Source of the DNA: an uncultured delta proteobacterium
Lineage (GTDB): Bacteria > Myxococcota > Kuafuiibacteriia > Kuafuiibacteriales > Kuafuiibacteriaceae
Length of the DNA stretch: 64,000 bases
Assembly: GCA_963803435.1 (NCBI GenBank)
Contig: CAWDML010000009.1
Span: forward strand, 1,088,001 to 1,152,000
Direction of reading: 5' to 3'
The position numbers were made by a program, and so were the translations under genes. The stretch's first letter is position 1; each line of letters begins with the position of its first letter. The notes under the pieces are model-generated. The model was not told the DNA's origin and did no database searches. It worked only from the letters and a program-made list of their open reading frames with translations. Below are positions 43,326-55,172 of this stretch, one piece after another.

Positions 43326-45455
43326 TCAGCGGTGACCCGTGGAGAAGTTATCTCGACGATGACGGGGCCATGACGAGATGCCCAGTGGGGCGATCGACTG
43401 TACGCCGAATACCCGACCCCGACCGACAGCGACCACCACGCCGCCGGGCGTGATGGTGAGCGCGACGCCCTCGAGCGCGTCGGGGCCCACTGGGAGGTGG
43501 TACGCAAAGAGGAACTGACCTACGCCGCTGAACGCCCACAGCTTGCCGTTCGCGGTGGTGACGAAGACGTTGTGCTGGAGATCGACCACCGGCGACATAC
43601 GGGCCGCGGCCGCCGAGAGATCGACGGACCAGGTCTCGGCGCCGGTGGTCGCCGTGATCGACATCAGGCGATAGGCGGCCTCCGAGACCAGCCCCAGGCC
43701 GTTGTCGGGATCGCTCGCGCGGGCCTCCACGAACACGATCTGGTCGCCGTTGACCACCGGCGAGCCGCGCTCGAGGAGAAGCGGGTTCTCCGGGGGTGTC
43801 CGCAAGATGGTGGGCGCCCCGGTCCGGCCGATCGAGAGGAGCCCGGCCGTCCACAGCACCTCGCTCTGCCTGCCGAGGCCCACCTCTGTATGACCCGCGA
43901 AGACGCTGCTGGAGGACCACGTGGTGTCGGGGAGGCCGTCGATTCCGAAGCGGATCACCTGCTCTTCGTGGAGACCCTTGTCGGGTCGACCGTCGCTGAC
44001 GACGGCGATGACGGCCTCGTCGTTGTCCACCGCGAGCCGGCTGGAGAAGCGAGGCCCGAGATCTCGAAACTGCGTGGCGACGGTGTGGGTGCGATCGATC
44101 TCGGCGATGAGGCCCTGGAGCACCTCGGTGCGATCGCCGAGCGTCTCGAGGATGACCGACGCCACCAGGGCGCCCGAGGCCCGGACCGCCAGGTCGAGGA
44201 CGCGGACGGAGGTGCTGGCCGTCGAGGAGGTCGGGACGTGCGCGAACAGGACGCTGAGATCGACGCGCTTGATCACCGCGCCGGTGATGGTGTCCACGTC
44301 GAGCACATCGCGGCCCGCGGGGACGCTCAGCACGCCGGGCAGCGAGACGGCGCCGCTGAAGCGGGCTCCGGGGAGCTCGGTGTTCGACCAGAGCAACGCG
44401 CCGCACTGATCGATCGCCGCGACGCCGTCCTCGATCCCCACGTAGGCCGTGCTGTCGCGATCGAGGATCACGTTCTGACCCGCGCCCGCCTGGGTGGGGC
44501 CGATCTCGGTGGCGAACTTGAGGTCGCCGAACCCAGGCCGGACGTAGCTCGGATCGAGGCAGGTGCCCGCGATGCACTGATCGTCGAGCGAGCACGGATC
44601 CGCGTCGTCGCACTCGGTCCCGTCCGGGACGGTCACGCCGATGCAGTGACCGAGAAGGCAGATGTCTGCCAGCGTGCATTGCTCGAGATCGTCGCAGGGC
44701 GTGCCGTCGGGGAGGTTCTCGCTGGAGCAGCCGCCCGAGGCATTGCAGGCGTCGGCGGTGCAAGGATTCCCGTCGTCGCACGCGGCGGTCAGCACATTCT
44801 GGCAGCCGGTCTCGCGGTTGCAGAGATCGTCGGTGCAGATGTCGCCGTCGTCGCAGGAGAGGCTCTCGCCGCGGCAGACGCCGTCCACGCAGGTGTCGTT
44901 GGTGGTGCAGGCGTCGAAGTCGTCGCAGGGGAGGCGGGCGGCCTCGTGCTCACAGCGACCGGTGTCGATGTTGAACGTGTCGAGCGTGCAGCCGTTGCCA
45001 TCCTCGCAGTCGGGAGGGACGACGCCCTCGGCGGTCAGGGCGATCTCGAGGACGCTGTTCTGCTTGGCGTCGCTCAGGATGACCAGCGTCGGCGTCCGGA
45101 CCCCGGCGACCTCGGGACGGAAGACGACGGTGATCTCGACGGCGCCGTTGGCCGGGATCGTCGCGACGGCCGGCCCCGCCGAGAATCCGAAGGCGTCGCC
45201 GTCGAAGGCCGACTGGTAGTCGACCGAGATCTCGCCGGGCGCGGAGAGAAGGAACGAGCGACGCGCGCTGGAGCCGAGGAAGACGCGTCCGAAGTCGAGG
45301 TGATCGACGTCGGCCGCGAGCCGCGAGCTCCCGCCGACAATCGTCCCGTCATCGCAGGTGCATCCGCTCGCGACGAGCAGGAAGAGGAGCGCATGGGTTC
45401 CTCGGCTCGACCGCAACGGCGAATATGGTTGCACATCCGGGGCCCCTATCTCCAC
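43326..45455 (-). CDS. Paralogous lipoprotein: Ig-like domain, Cys-rich repeats, beta-propeller-like C-terminus
   Basis: ASGC lipobox; HLDFGRV; Cys repeats; shared DQCG/NQCG motif; ends SWPRHRRDNFST. Confidence 0.8.
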   Translation of the reverse strand: MEIGAPDVQPYSPLRSSRGTHALLFLLVASGCTCDDGTIVGGSSRLAADVDHLDFGRVFLGSSARRSFLLSAPGEISVDYQSAFDGDAFGFSAGPAVATIPANGAVEITVVFRPEVAGVRTPTLVILSDAKQNSVLEIALTAEGVVPPDCEDGNGCTLDTFNIDTGRCEHEAARLPCDDFDACTTNDTCVDGVCRGESLSCDDGDICTDDLCNRETGCQNVLTAACDDGNPCTADACNASGGCSSENLPDGTPCDDLEQCTLADICLLGHCIGVTVPDGTECDDADPCSLDDQCIAGTCLDPSYVRPGFGDLKFATEIGPTQAGAGQNVILDRDSTAYVGIEDGVAAIDQCGALLWSNTELPGARFSGAVSLPGVLSVPAGRDVLDVDTITGAVIKRVDLSVLFAHVPTSSTASTSVRVLDLAVRASGALVASVILETLGDRTEVLQGLIAEIDRTHTVATQFRDLGPRFSSRLAVDNDEAVIAVVSDGRPDKGLHEEQVIRFGIDGLPDTTWSSSSVFAGHTEVGLGRQSEVLWTAGLLSIGRTGAPTILRTPPENPLLLERGSPVVNGDQIVFVEARASDPDNGLGLVSEAAYRLMSITATTGAETWSVDLSAAAARMSPVVDLQHNVFVTTANGKLWAFSGVGQFLFAYHLPVGPDALEGVALTITPGGVVVAVGRGRVFGVQSIAPLGISSWPRHRRDNFSTGHR

Positions 45456-45528
45456 CTGGCCAAAGGAGGGCTCCGGCGCCGGAAATCTGGGCTCGACGTC
45501 AGGATTCTAACGAAGGGGCGGGCAGCAC

Positions 45529-45945
45529 CTATTTGGCGGTGGTCTGGCGGAGCCTCCGGGTCAGCACCTTGATGATTCCCTGCGCGATCTCGGTCTTCTC
45601 GTTCATGACGTCGTAGAAGTCCTCGCGTTCGATCTTGAGAGCGTTGACCGCGCTTTTCGCGCGAACGGTGGCGCTTCGGGGCTCCGAGTCGAGGATCGCC
45701 ATCTCGCCCACGCACTCCCGTTCGCCGAGCTCCACGACCAGACGGTCGCCCTTGAAGACCTCCACGTTGCCGTCGACGATGAGGTAGAGCGAGTCGCCGA
45801 GCTCACCCTCCGCCATGACCGTCTCCTTGGGCTCGAAGGCGATCTCCTCCGCGATCTGCGCCACACGGAGGAGGTCTTCGCCGGGGATCTGGCTGAACAG
45901 GTCGATCGATTTGAGGAAGAGGACCTTCTCGACCGTCGAGATCAA
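45529..45945 (-). CDS. Stand-alone cyclic nucleotide-binding domain protein
   Basis: EGELGDSLYLIVDGNV, GEMAILDSEPRSATV. Confidence 0.92.
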   Translation of the reverse strand: MISTVEKVLFLKSIDLFSQIPGEDLLRVAQIAEEIAFEPKETVMAEGELGDSLYLIVDGNVEVFKGDRLVVELGERECVGEMAILDSEPRSATVRAKSAVNALKIEREDFYDVMNEKTEIAQGIIKVLTRRLRQTTAK

Positions 45946-45966
45946 CCAGCGCGGCGTATCACGGGT

Positions 45967-48430
45967 TCAGCGGACGGCAAAGACGTAGCGGCCCTTCCGC
46001 GCGCGGGTCGCGCCGCGGCCGGGCCGAACCTCGAGCTGGTAGACGCCCTGCGTCAGGATCATGGCCGCGCCCGCGAGCAGCGGACAGCCCATACCCCCGT
46101 TGTCGTCCGTGGCCAGGAGCGTCCCGGCGGAGTCGGTCAGAACGAGCGATGCGTCGAGGTCGCAGCCTCCGGACCCCGGCGCCTCCAGGAGGATCGCGCG
46201 CGGGCCCACGTCGCCGGGACCGATCGTGAATCGAAACACGTCGACATCGTCGTACGCGAGGAACCCGCGCACAGGCGTGTCGAGCGGGATCGAGGCAGGG
46301 CTCAGGTCGTTCGGCTCTTGCTCGGTCAGCCCTTCGACGCGACATGAAGCGTTGCATCCGTCCCCCGAGACCAGGTTGGCGTCGTCGCACTCCTCGACGA
46401 GGTCGACGATGCCGTCGCTGCAGAAGCCGGTCCGCGACGTGAACTGGAGCTGATAGCTCCGCTGGACCGTCGACGAGGTTGCCGTGGGCCGCCTCACCGC
46501 GACGAAGAGCGGCGGCACCAGACCGGTCAGGATCGGGGCGCTGATCGCGTCGGCGGCGGCGCAGGTGCCCGGGTTGTCGACCACCAGCTTGGGACCGAGC
46601 AGACCGAGGTCTGCGTCCCCTTCGTAGACCTCGAACGCCACGCCGTCGGCGCAGCCGGTGGCCGGAGTGGTGTTGAGCGTGATCCGATCGCCGAGCGAGG
46701 GATCGATCTCGAACAGATCGACGTCGTCTCCGGAGACGAGATCCTGCCACCGAGCCGGGGAAGGTGAAGTAGGGGCCGCCCGCGAGCGCCTCGATGTCGT
46801 TGGGCTCGGTCTCGAGCGGCCCGAGCGCCCCTTCGATGACCTGGACGCCGATCGACGTGGAGGTGATCGTGAAGTCGTTGCTCGCGGAGATGAAGGCGGT
46901 GTCGACGCCGAGGATGGTGGTGGTCAGACGGGTGCTCCCGTTCAAGGGGATGTTGACGCTGTTGCCGAAGGTGAGCCGGGCGGAGTCGGCGCCCGCGGTG
47001 GTCCAGCTGAAGACCACGGGGCGGCCGGTCCGCACCACCGGGACGTCCGCCGAGAAGCTCAGGATCTCGGGCGGGCCCAGCGAGCGAAGCGCGACGTAGG
47101 CGACCGTCACGCCGCGGGCGTTCCCGGCCGCGCCGCGCAGCGTGACGTCGCCCTGAGGCTGGTAGGAGGCGCTGCCCGAGAGCCCCGGGGTCGACAGCAC
47201 GGCGGCGCCGTCGTCGGTGGTGATGTCGAAGCGGTCCGCGTTCGTGATGTTCCAGGTGACCTCGGTGCTCTCGCCGGGCGCGACGAACGGCTGGGGTCGC
47301 GCGAAGAAGCCGCCGATCGCGGGCAGGTCGGGACTGACCGTGAGGATCCGCGTGGCCCGCTGTTCGTGCTGGGCGAAACGATCGTCCGCGACCAGCTCCA
47401 GCGTGATCAGATCGTTCGGGACCGAGGCGAGGACATAGCTTCCGGACGCCGAGGCGGACACCACGAGGGGAGAGCCGTTGACCCACAGCTGCACGCGATC
47501 GGCGAACCGGGTCTGCCACGACGCGATCACGTCGCCGCCGGGTCCGGTGATGGTCGGCGTGATGGTGAAGGAGAGGATCTCCGGCTCCGTCGGCGGCAGG
47601 ATGAACGCGGTCGCGGTCTCCACGATGGTCCCGACGTCGTTGGTCGCCTCCAGCAGATAGGTATGAGTGCCGCTGCTCGGCTCCAGGGGGAGGAAGCCAC
47701 TCGTGTTGGCGGGCTCGTCCTGAAACAGGACGATCGACGAGGTGCCGGTCATCTCGAGGAGGCGGACGCGCTCGGTGCGGACGACGGCCCAGGCCAGCCC
47801 GATGGGATCGCCGAGCGCCGCCACCGACGGCTCGGCCGAGAAGGTGTCGATGCGCGGGCCCTCCGGGTTCGCGTGGACGGTGCGTGCCGCGAGCTTGGGC
47901 TCGGGCCAGCCCTCGGCGGTGAGCATGACGGTCACGTCGCGTTCGGGGCGGAAGACCAGCGTGCCTGCGTCGGGGCCGACATCGATCAACATCTGTCCGG
48001 TGCTCAAGCGGATGACGACCCGGGTCGCGTTCGCGGTACGCCAGACGAGACGGACCGGATCGCCGGCAGCCACGAGCGTCGGCGTCGCCTCGAAGCGGAG
48101 GATCTCGACCTCGCTCAGGTCCTGGACGCGGGCCTCGGCGCGGGCGTGGACCGTCCCGCCGGGGCCGCTGGCCTCGAGGTCGAAGGTGGTGGGCTGGTCG
48201 AGCGTGACCTCGAGGGACCCCTCGGGCTCGACGGCCTGGGGCGCGGCGGCGCCGCTGAGGACGACGCGGTCGGCGCCGGCGACCCGCCACTCGATGGTGG
48301 CGCGCTGTCCCGGCCGGAGCTCGAAGGGGGAGACCTGGAAGCGCTCGATGACGGGAGGTCCGGGCGGATAGTCGAACCCGGGGATGGAGCATCCCAAGAG
48401 CGTCGTCACGAGAAGGATCGCTCGCCTCAT
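45967..48430 (-). CDS. Large lipoprotein with tandem Ig-like repeats, PPC-like domains and a Myxococcus Cys-rich repeat (frameshift ~46740)
   Basis: MRRAILLVTTLLGC; five or more I..F.A.P...G..V.L.W repeats; ETEPND/EQEPND; CSDGIVDLVEECDDANLVSGDGCNASC. Confidence 0.75.
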
Positions 48431-48434
48431 CGGA

Positions 48435-49655
48435 TCACTCCGCCGCCTTGGGGGCCTCCATCGAGGCGGTCTCGCGGACCTCGTCGACTGCCATCGCCGG
48501 CGCACGCTGCTCGGTGGTCGGAGCCGGCGACGCGTCGTCGAGGGCACGCGCGTGGAGGAACTTGAAGACCGTGACCACCACGCTGGCGATGGGGACCGCG
48601 AAGAGCGCGCCCGGCAGGCCCGCGGTGCGCTCGCCGATGATCAGCGCGAAGACGATGACGACCGGGTGGATCTTGGCGGCGTCGCCCATGATCTTCGGAT
48701 TGAGGAAGTTGGCCTCCAGCAGGTGGATGCCGACCACCCACAGCAGCGCAAAGATGCCCTTGGCGAAGCTGTCGGTGAGCGCCATCGTCACGATGGGGAT
48801 GGTGGACAGGATCGAGCCGAAGATCGGGATCAGCGAGAAGATCGACGCAACCGAGGCGAGGATGAGGGGCAACTTCACGTCGAGGACCCAGAGTCCGATG
48901 AACGTGAGCAGGCCGTTGGTGAGGCAGATGATGACCTGGCCGCGCACCACGCCCGCGAGCCCCACGGCCATGCCCTTGACCACGGTGTTGTAGGCCGACT
49001 GGTACTCGGGCGGCACCAGCGAGAAGAAGAAGCGCTCGATACGGGCGCGATCCATGCTGATGAACGCGGTCAGCATCAGCACCAGGAAGGTGCCGAAGAT
49101 GGCGGTGAACGCGCTGCCGAGGATGTCGGCCACCAGTCCGACCACCTTGCCCGCGTTGTCGCTGAAATCGTCGGCGGCCTTGACCAGGCTGCCCTGCTCG
49201 ATGAGCTCCTGCTGGATCTTCTTGCGGTCGAACGGGAGGTGGTTCTGGTCGGCGAACTCCTCGACGGTATCGAGGATGCGCCCACTCATGGCGCGAGCGT
49301 CGGCCACCACGGTCTGGCGGACCTTCGCCAGGCCGGCGAGCTCGCGACCGACCTGCTGCGTGGTCCACGTGCCGAAGAGAGAGAAGAGGCAGAGGAGCAC
49401 CAGATAGATGCCGATGATGGCGAACACGCGGGGCACGGTCCGTCCCCGGACGCGAAGCGTGGACAGGAGGTCGACCAGCGGCTCCAGGATGAAGGCGAGG
49501 AGCACAGCCACGCCGAAGGGGAGGAGGGCTTCCTTGAAGCGGAAGAGGACCCCACCGATGAACAACCAGAGGCAGGTCAGGACCAGCGTCCGCCGCACGG
49601 CGCGGTTGCGCATCCAGGTGATCCACCTCGGCTCGTTGGGATCGGGAGGGAACAC
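48435..49655 (-). CDS. AI-2E family transporter
   Basis: LAFILEPLV, RGQVIICL, LIPIFG, LEANFLNPKIMG, IHPV, GALFAVP. Confidence 0.92.
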   Translation of the reverse strand: MFPPDPNEPRWITWMRNRAVRRTLVLTCLWLFIGGVLFRFKEALLPFGVAVLLAFILEPLVDLLSTLRVRGRTVPRVFAIIGIYLVLLCLFSLFGTWTTQQVGRELAGLAKVRQTVVADARAMSGRILDTVEEFADQNHLPFDRKKIQQELIEQGSLVKAADDFSDNAGKVVGLVADILGSAFTAIFGTFLVLMLTAFISMDRARIERFFFSLVPPEYQSAYNTVVKGMAVGLAGVVRGQVIICLTNGLLTFIGLWVLDVKLPLILASVASIFSLIPIFGSILSTIPIVTMALTDSFAKGIFALLWVVGIHLLEANFLNPKIMGDAAKIHPVVIVFALIIGERTAGLPGALFAVPIASVVVTVFKFLHARALDDASPAPTTEQRAPAMAVDEVRETASMEAPKAAE

Positions 49656-49790
49656 CGAGCGGTGTCGTTATCCCACGAATCGCGCGACCGGGTCTCTCAC
49701 GCCCCGGCTGCCACTCATGGTTTCTACGCATGTCCTCGGAACGGCGGGTTCGCTTGCAGGCCAACGATCGACGGGTCAATCTCCAAATCC

Positions 49791-52193
49791 GTGCCGGGCG
49801 GCAACTCGAGTCCCATCCTGCTGGCGCTCGTCGCCCTCGCCACCGCGACCGGCGGCGACGCGTCGATCGCGGTCCGCGTCTCCACCGAACCGAGCGTCCT
49901 GGCGGTGGGTGAGCAGGGCCGCCTCGCCCTCGACATCGACGTCCCTGCGGGCTGGCACCTGTGGTCGCTGGATCCGGGACCTGGCCCGCAGGCGCTGACG
50001 ATCGAGGCGAGCGGGGCGGTCGAGCTCGTCGGCGAGCTTCGCGGCGACGCCCCGGTGGAGCACCTCGATCGCGGCTTTCAACGGAAGCTGTTCTCGTACG
50101 AAGGACCCACCGTCCACATCGAGCGCGCGTTCCGGGTGACGGGGAGCGAGCCCTCCGAGGTGGTGGTCCGCGGGCAGATCTGCACCGAGTCCCAGTGCCT
50201 GAGCCAGAAGCAGGTCGTCCCCCTGGTGCTGGCGGTGTCCGAGGAGCCGACCCGCGCCGGTCCACCGGTCCTGGCCGGCGCGATCCTCACGGTCCGGAGC
50301 GCCGGCGCGAAGACGCCGCCGGCGGTGATCGCGTCCGCGAGGCCGACCTCCCTCGACCAGGCGAAGCAGAAGGGCGTCCTCTCCTTTCTCCTCTTGGCGT
50401 TCGCCTTCGGGCTGGGCGCGCTGGTCACGCCCTGCGTGTTCCCGGCGATCCCGCTGACGGTCTCGTTCTTCTCGAAGTACTCCGAGGAGAGCTTCGGGCG
50501 CGGCGCGCGCCTGGCCGCCGTCTACGCCGCGACGATGGTCGGCGCCTTCACGGTGGCCGGGGTCGCGATCTCGATCCTGTTCGGCGTGACCGGGATCCAG
50601 CAGTTCGCCGCCCATCCCCTCTTCAACGTCATCCTGGCGGTGATCCTCTCCTTCTTCGCGCTGAACCTGCTGGGCCTGTTCGAGATCCGGGTGCCGGGCT
50701 TCCTGCTGAGCGGCGTCAACAAACTGGAGCAGAAGTTCGGCCGCGCGGCGCAGATGACCGGCCAGCAGCGGACCGGAGGGATCACGGACTATCTGGTCGT
50801 CAGCATCGCGGCGCTCACCGCCACCACGGTGTTCTTCACCTGTACCGTCGCGTTCGTGGGTCTGGTGCTGGTGGCGGCCGCCAGCGGCGAGTGGTTCTGG
50901 CCGACGCTGGGGATGCTCGCCTTCTCCTCGGCGTTCGCGCTGCCGTTCTTCCTGCTGGCGATGTTCCCGCAGGCGGCGCGCCGCCTCCAGAGCCGGGGCG
51001 GCAACTGGCTCTCCGCCACGCGCGTGACCCTCGGGTTCCTCGAGCTGGCGGCGGCCTTCAAGTTCCTCTCGAACGCCGATCTGGTGTGGCGGTGGGCGCT
51101 GATCACCCGGCCCGCGGTGCTGGCGATCTGGGTGCCGCTCTTCGCGCTGTGCGGCCTCTATCTCCTCGGCAAGCTCAAGATCGGCGAGGAGCACGTCTCC
51201 GAGGGCGATCGAACCTCCATCGGTCAGATGCTGGCCGCCACCGTGATGTTCTCGCTGTCGCTCTACCTGGCGGTGGGGCTGTTCAACGGGCGTCCCTTCG
51301 GCGGCTGGATCGACGGCTGGCTCCCGCCGGTGATGTATCCGGGCAACGAGATCGCCGCCGGCGAGGCGGGACTCGAGTGGCTCCACTCGCTCGAGGACGG
51401 CCGCCATCAGGCGCACGACGACGGGACGCTCGTGTTCGTCAACTACACCGGCTACACCTGCACCAACTGCCGATACATGGAGGGCGGCGTGTTTCCGCGC
51501 CCGGAGATCTCCAAGCTGCTCCGCGGCATGACGCTGGTCGAGCTCTACACCGACGGCGGGACCGACGAGCAGGACCAGAACCGCCTCGATCAGATCGCGC
51601 GCTTCGGTACCGCCGCGCTTCCGCTGTACGCGGTCGAGTGTGCGAACGGGACGGTGATCGCCAGCTTCCCCAGCTCGACCAACGACCCGGAGGAGTTCAG
51701 GAGCTTCTTGGCGGAGGCGATCGCCGACGCCCAGTGCGACACCCTGACGCTCACCACCACGCGTCTGTCCGACGGCGCGCCCGCTCCCGCGATCGCACCC
51801 GGCAAGTGGAGCCTGGTGAACTTCTGGGCCACCTGGTGCGGGCCCTGCAAGAGCGAGCTCGAGGGCTTCCTGGCGCAGATGGGGAACGAGCTGGTCGCGC
51901 GCGGCGGGCAGTTCGCGACGATCGCGGTGCAGGCGGACGACGAGGTCCCCGAGGCCAAGTCGTTCATGGACAAGCTGGCGATTCCGCCCGAGCGCGCGCT
52001 GCGCCTCCCGTCGGAGGTCACGTCCCGCGAGGTCGACCCTCGCCTCGGATACGAGGGCACGCTCCCGTTCACTGTGCTCGTCTCACCCGAGGGCGAGGTG
52101 GTCTGGAAGCGGAGCGGGTCCGTCGAGCAACGCACGCTCCAGTCGGTGCTGATCGAGCACACCGGTTATGCTCAGGTCGGCCTTGGCCGTTAG
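49791..52193 (+). CDS. dsbD: DsbD-family thiol:disulfide interchange protein with extra C-terminal TlpA-like thioredoxin (start uncertain)
   Basis: GWHLWS..QICTESQC; TPCVFPAIP and FFTCT TM cysteines; YTGYTCTNCRYME; NFWATWCGPC. Confidence 0.85.
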   Translation: MPGGNSSPILLALVALATATGGDASIAVRVSTEPSVLAVGEQGRLALDIDVPAGWHLWSLDPGPGPQALTIEASGAVELVGELRGDAPVEHLDRGFQRKLFSYEGPTVHIERAFRVTGSEPSEVVVRGQICTESQCLSQKQVVPLVLAVSEEPTRAGPPVLAGAILTVRSAGAKTPPAVIASARPTSLDQAKQKGVLSFLLLAFAFGLGALVTPCVFPAIPLTVSFFSKYSEESFGRGARLAAVYAATMVGAFTVAGVAISILFGVTGIQQFAAHPLFNVILAVILSFFALNLLGLFEIRVPGFLLSGVNKLEQKFGRAAQMTGQQRTGGITDYLVVSIAALTATTVFFTCTVAFVGLVLVAAASGEWFWPTLGMLAFSSAFALPFFLLAMFPQAARRLQSRGGNWLSATRVTLGFLELAAAFKFLSNADLVWRWALITRPAVLAIWVPLFALCGLYLLGKLKIGEEHVSEGDRTSIGQMLAATVMFSLSLYLAVGLFNGRPFGGWIDGWLPPVMYPGNEIAAGEAGLEWLHSLEDGRHQAHDDGTLVFVNYTGYTCTNCRYMEGGVFPRPEISKLLRGMTLVELYTDGGTDEQDQNRLDQIARFGTAALPLYAVECANGTVIASFPSSTNDPEEFRSFLAEAIADAQCDTLTLTTTRLSDGAPAPAIAPGKWSLVNFWATWCGPCKSELEGFLAQMGNELVARGGQFATIAVQADDEVPEAKSFMDKLAIPPERALRLPSEVTSREVDPRLGYEGTLPFTVLVSPEGEVVWKRSGSVEQRTLQSVLIEHTGYAQVGLGR

Positions 52194-52296
52194 CGGCGAC
52201 GTGAAGTGGGTGCAGATCCCGACTCTGCATGGTCGTCGTCTGTAGGCATCGATCGATCGCGGCTCAGCGATCGATCCGCTAAAGACGACGCCCGGA

Positions 52297-55160
52297 TCAT
52301 CGCGCAGCGGACGCGCCGTCGATCCGGATCGGCGTGCCGTCCCGGGACACGATGCGTCCGCGGGAGCCGATGGTGAGGGCCTCCGCGTCGATCGCGAGTT
52401 GCCAGCGACCGGCGGAGCGGGGCAGCGCAACGACCGTCCCGTCGATCGAGCCGCCCAGGAAGCGCTGACCGCTCGGCACGAAGCGCGTCGCGCCTGCCGG
52501 CACGTCGAGCCGATCTCGTACGCGAACCGCGATCGAGGCGGTCGAGCCGTCGAGCGCGGCGATCACGACGGTGTCGCCGGGTGTCTGGCCGGTGAGAGAG
52601 AGGCCATCGACGCGGACGATCGTGGGATCGAGCGAGGTCAACTCGACTTGCAGGCTGACGTCGGTGGAGGCGCCTGCCTCGAAGCGGACGACGGCGAGCC
52701 CGGTCGTGCTCGAACCGGCGAGTGAGGAGAGCAGCAGCGGTCCGTCACGGAACGCGAGCGCGCCGTCGAGGACCCCCGCGCCCAGCGTCGCCCTGAGCGC
52801 GGCGGTGCTCGGCGAGATCCCGCGTCCTTCACCGGCGAGCGCGGTCACGGCGTTCGCGGTGGGGACGGAGCGCGCGCTCGGCGGCGAGTCGAAGCGGTAG
52901 CCGCCGGGGAGCGTGCCGGAGGGCGTCGCCAAGAAGCAGTCGTTCACCACGGTGACGTCAGCCGGACCGGGCGCGTAGCTTCCCGCCGGGATGCGGCCGC
53001 GGGCCGCGGTGGCCGAGTCGACCTGCTGATTCGACAGCGGGATGCCGGCAATCTCAATCGAGGCGGTGGGTGCGAAGCCGCTCCCGTAGATGCGAACGTC
53101 GGTATCGCCGACCGTCGGTCCTTCGCTCGGGACGGCCGCGGCCACCGACGGCGCCCCGCAGAGCGTGACCGTGACGGCCGCGGTCGTGCTGGTCCCTCCC
53201 GAGTCCACCGCCAGGGCACCGAGCCCGATCTGCACGCCGAGCAACGGGGGCGCCGCGTCGACCAGCAGATCGAAGGTGACCGTCGCGGTGGCGGCCTGGA
53301 CGGCCCGCGTCGCGGTAGCGACGCCGGCGACGTCGATCGAGGCGGGGCCGATGACCGTCATCGTCAAGGACGCGACGTCCTGGTTCTGGTCCGCCGCCTC
53401 GACCACGATCGGCACCGTCTCTCCGGGCAGCACGACCGCGCCCGGACGCGGGCTCACAATCTGGAGCGCGGGCGGCGCAAGATCCACGATCGGCACGTCG
53501 ACGCTGCTGGAGGCGCGGTTCCCGGCGGCGTCCTCCGCATCCACGACGATCCGAAGCGCCGCCGCCCCCGCGCTGAAGCGGAGCGATCGCGGGATGGGGA
53601 TCTCGATCGGTAGCGCACGCGGGACCCGATCGGCGCAGGCGGCGCTGGGAAAGAGCGCGCTCGACGATAGCAGCGGATCGGGGAGCGACACGCCGATCGG
53701 CGAGACGGTCACGGTCGCGGAGTGCACCGGCGTCTGACCGTCCTCGATCACCACGTCGGCCAAGAGCGTCCCCCCCGGCTCGATCCCTCCCCCCGAGACG
53801 ATCGTGTTGACCGAGATCCGAGGTGCGATCGCGTCGGTCCCGGCGAGCGCCAGGGTGGCGCCGTTGGAGACCAGCCCGGCTCGATCGATCAGCTCCACCC
53901 GCGCCACCACCGGCTCCCAAACACAGACGGCCTCGGGGGCGTCGATCGAGACCAGACCTGCCAGCGCGCGCTGGCCGACGGCGGTGGTGGCGGTGATCCC
54001 GCCGAAGTCCACGCGGAGCAGGTCGATCAGCCCACAGACCTCGTCTCCGAAGATCGTCAGGTCGAGCGGCGCGCCGGGCGCAAAGGGACCGGACGCCTGG
54101 GCGAGGGCCAGCACCGGCGGCGCGGTGTCGACCACCTCCCGCGAAAACGAGGCGGTCGCCCGATTCCCCAGCGTGTCCTCGGCCTCGGCGTCGAACGCCA
54201 TCGGGACGCCCGGCGGTCCGGGCACCGGCGCGGTGGCGGTGACCACCAGCGAAAGGGGATGGATCCGATCCGGGCCGAAGGCCCTGCCGACGAAGCCGGC
54301 GCCGCGCACGGTCACATGCTCGACGCCTCCGGCGTCATCCGTCGCGAGGACGCCGATGGCGGCCGTGACCCCGCACTCGAGCGGGCCCGGCTCGGTGGGC
54401 GCGAGCTGGGGCGGCGTCTCGTCCACGCCGCCGTCGCCGATCCGGATGCGGAGTGTCCGCGAGACCACGTTGGGCGTGCGGGCGGCGTCCGACGCCGACA
54501 CCCCGATCTCGAAGTCCCCGTGGGCCGGCGGCGCGAACACCACGTCGAAGTTGGTCGCGGCCGCCGGTGGCCCCGCGTGCGCCCGCGGCCCGCCGAGCGC
54601 GCGCGGCGCGTCGAATCGCGATCTTGGCGATCCCGCCCACCGGATCCGCGGCGTGGACCGAGAGCGTGAGCGGGGCCCCGGGCGGAAAGGCGGCGTCGAA
54701 GCCCGCCGGCGGCGGCAGCCCCGGCGAGAACGAGACATCAATCGTCGGGACGGTCCCATCGACGACGGCCACCCGCACCCCGCGCGGCCTCCCCGTGTGC
54801 AGGTAGCCTTCGAGACGCGCCTCGGGCGTGACCACCACCTCGAGCGGGATCAGAATCCGGACCGAGGTGACCGTCGCCGGGGACGGTGATCATCTCGTCG
54901 ATCTGCGCCTCCGCACCCGACACCTCAATCCGGCGCACCTCGTCGATGGCGCCCCGGAGCAGCACGTCGACCGCGGTGAGCGTCCCCTCGGGCGCGATCG
55001 CCGTCGCGCGCAGATGGAACGGCTGATCGAACGCGACGCCTTGGCCGTCCGCCGGCGTCGTCAGCGTGATCTCGGGGAGCGTCCGCGGAGGCTCGATCTC
55101 GGCGCGTTCGCAGGCGGCGAGGGCGAGCAGAACCACAAGGGTGGCGCCGGAGGAGCGCAC
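52297..55160 (-). CDS. Large lipoprotein with Ig-like (Big) and IPT/TIG domains (frameshifts ~54855-54882 and ~54615)
   Basis: LAAC lipobox; repeated VDxTPP..A.D..GN modules; PSEGPTVGDTDVRIYGSGF IPT motif; three ORFs join with single-base corrections. Confidence 0.72.
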
Positions 55161-55172
55161 CGTCGTTGCACT

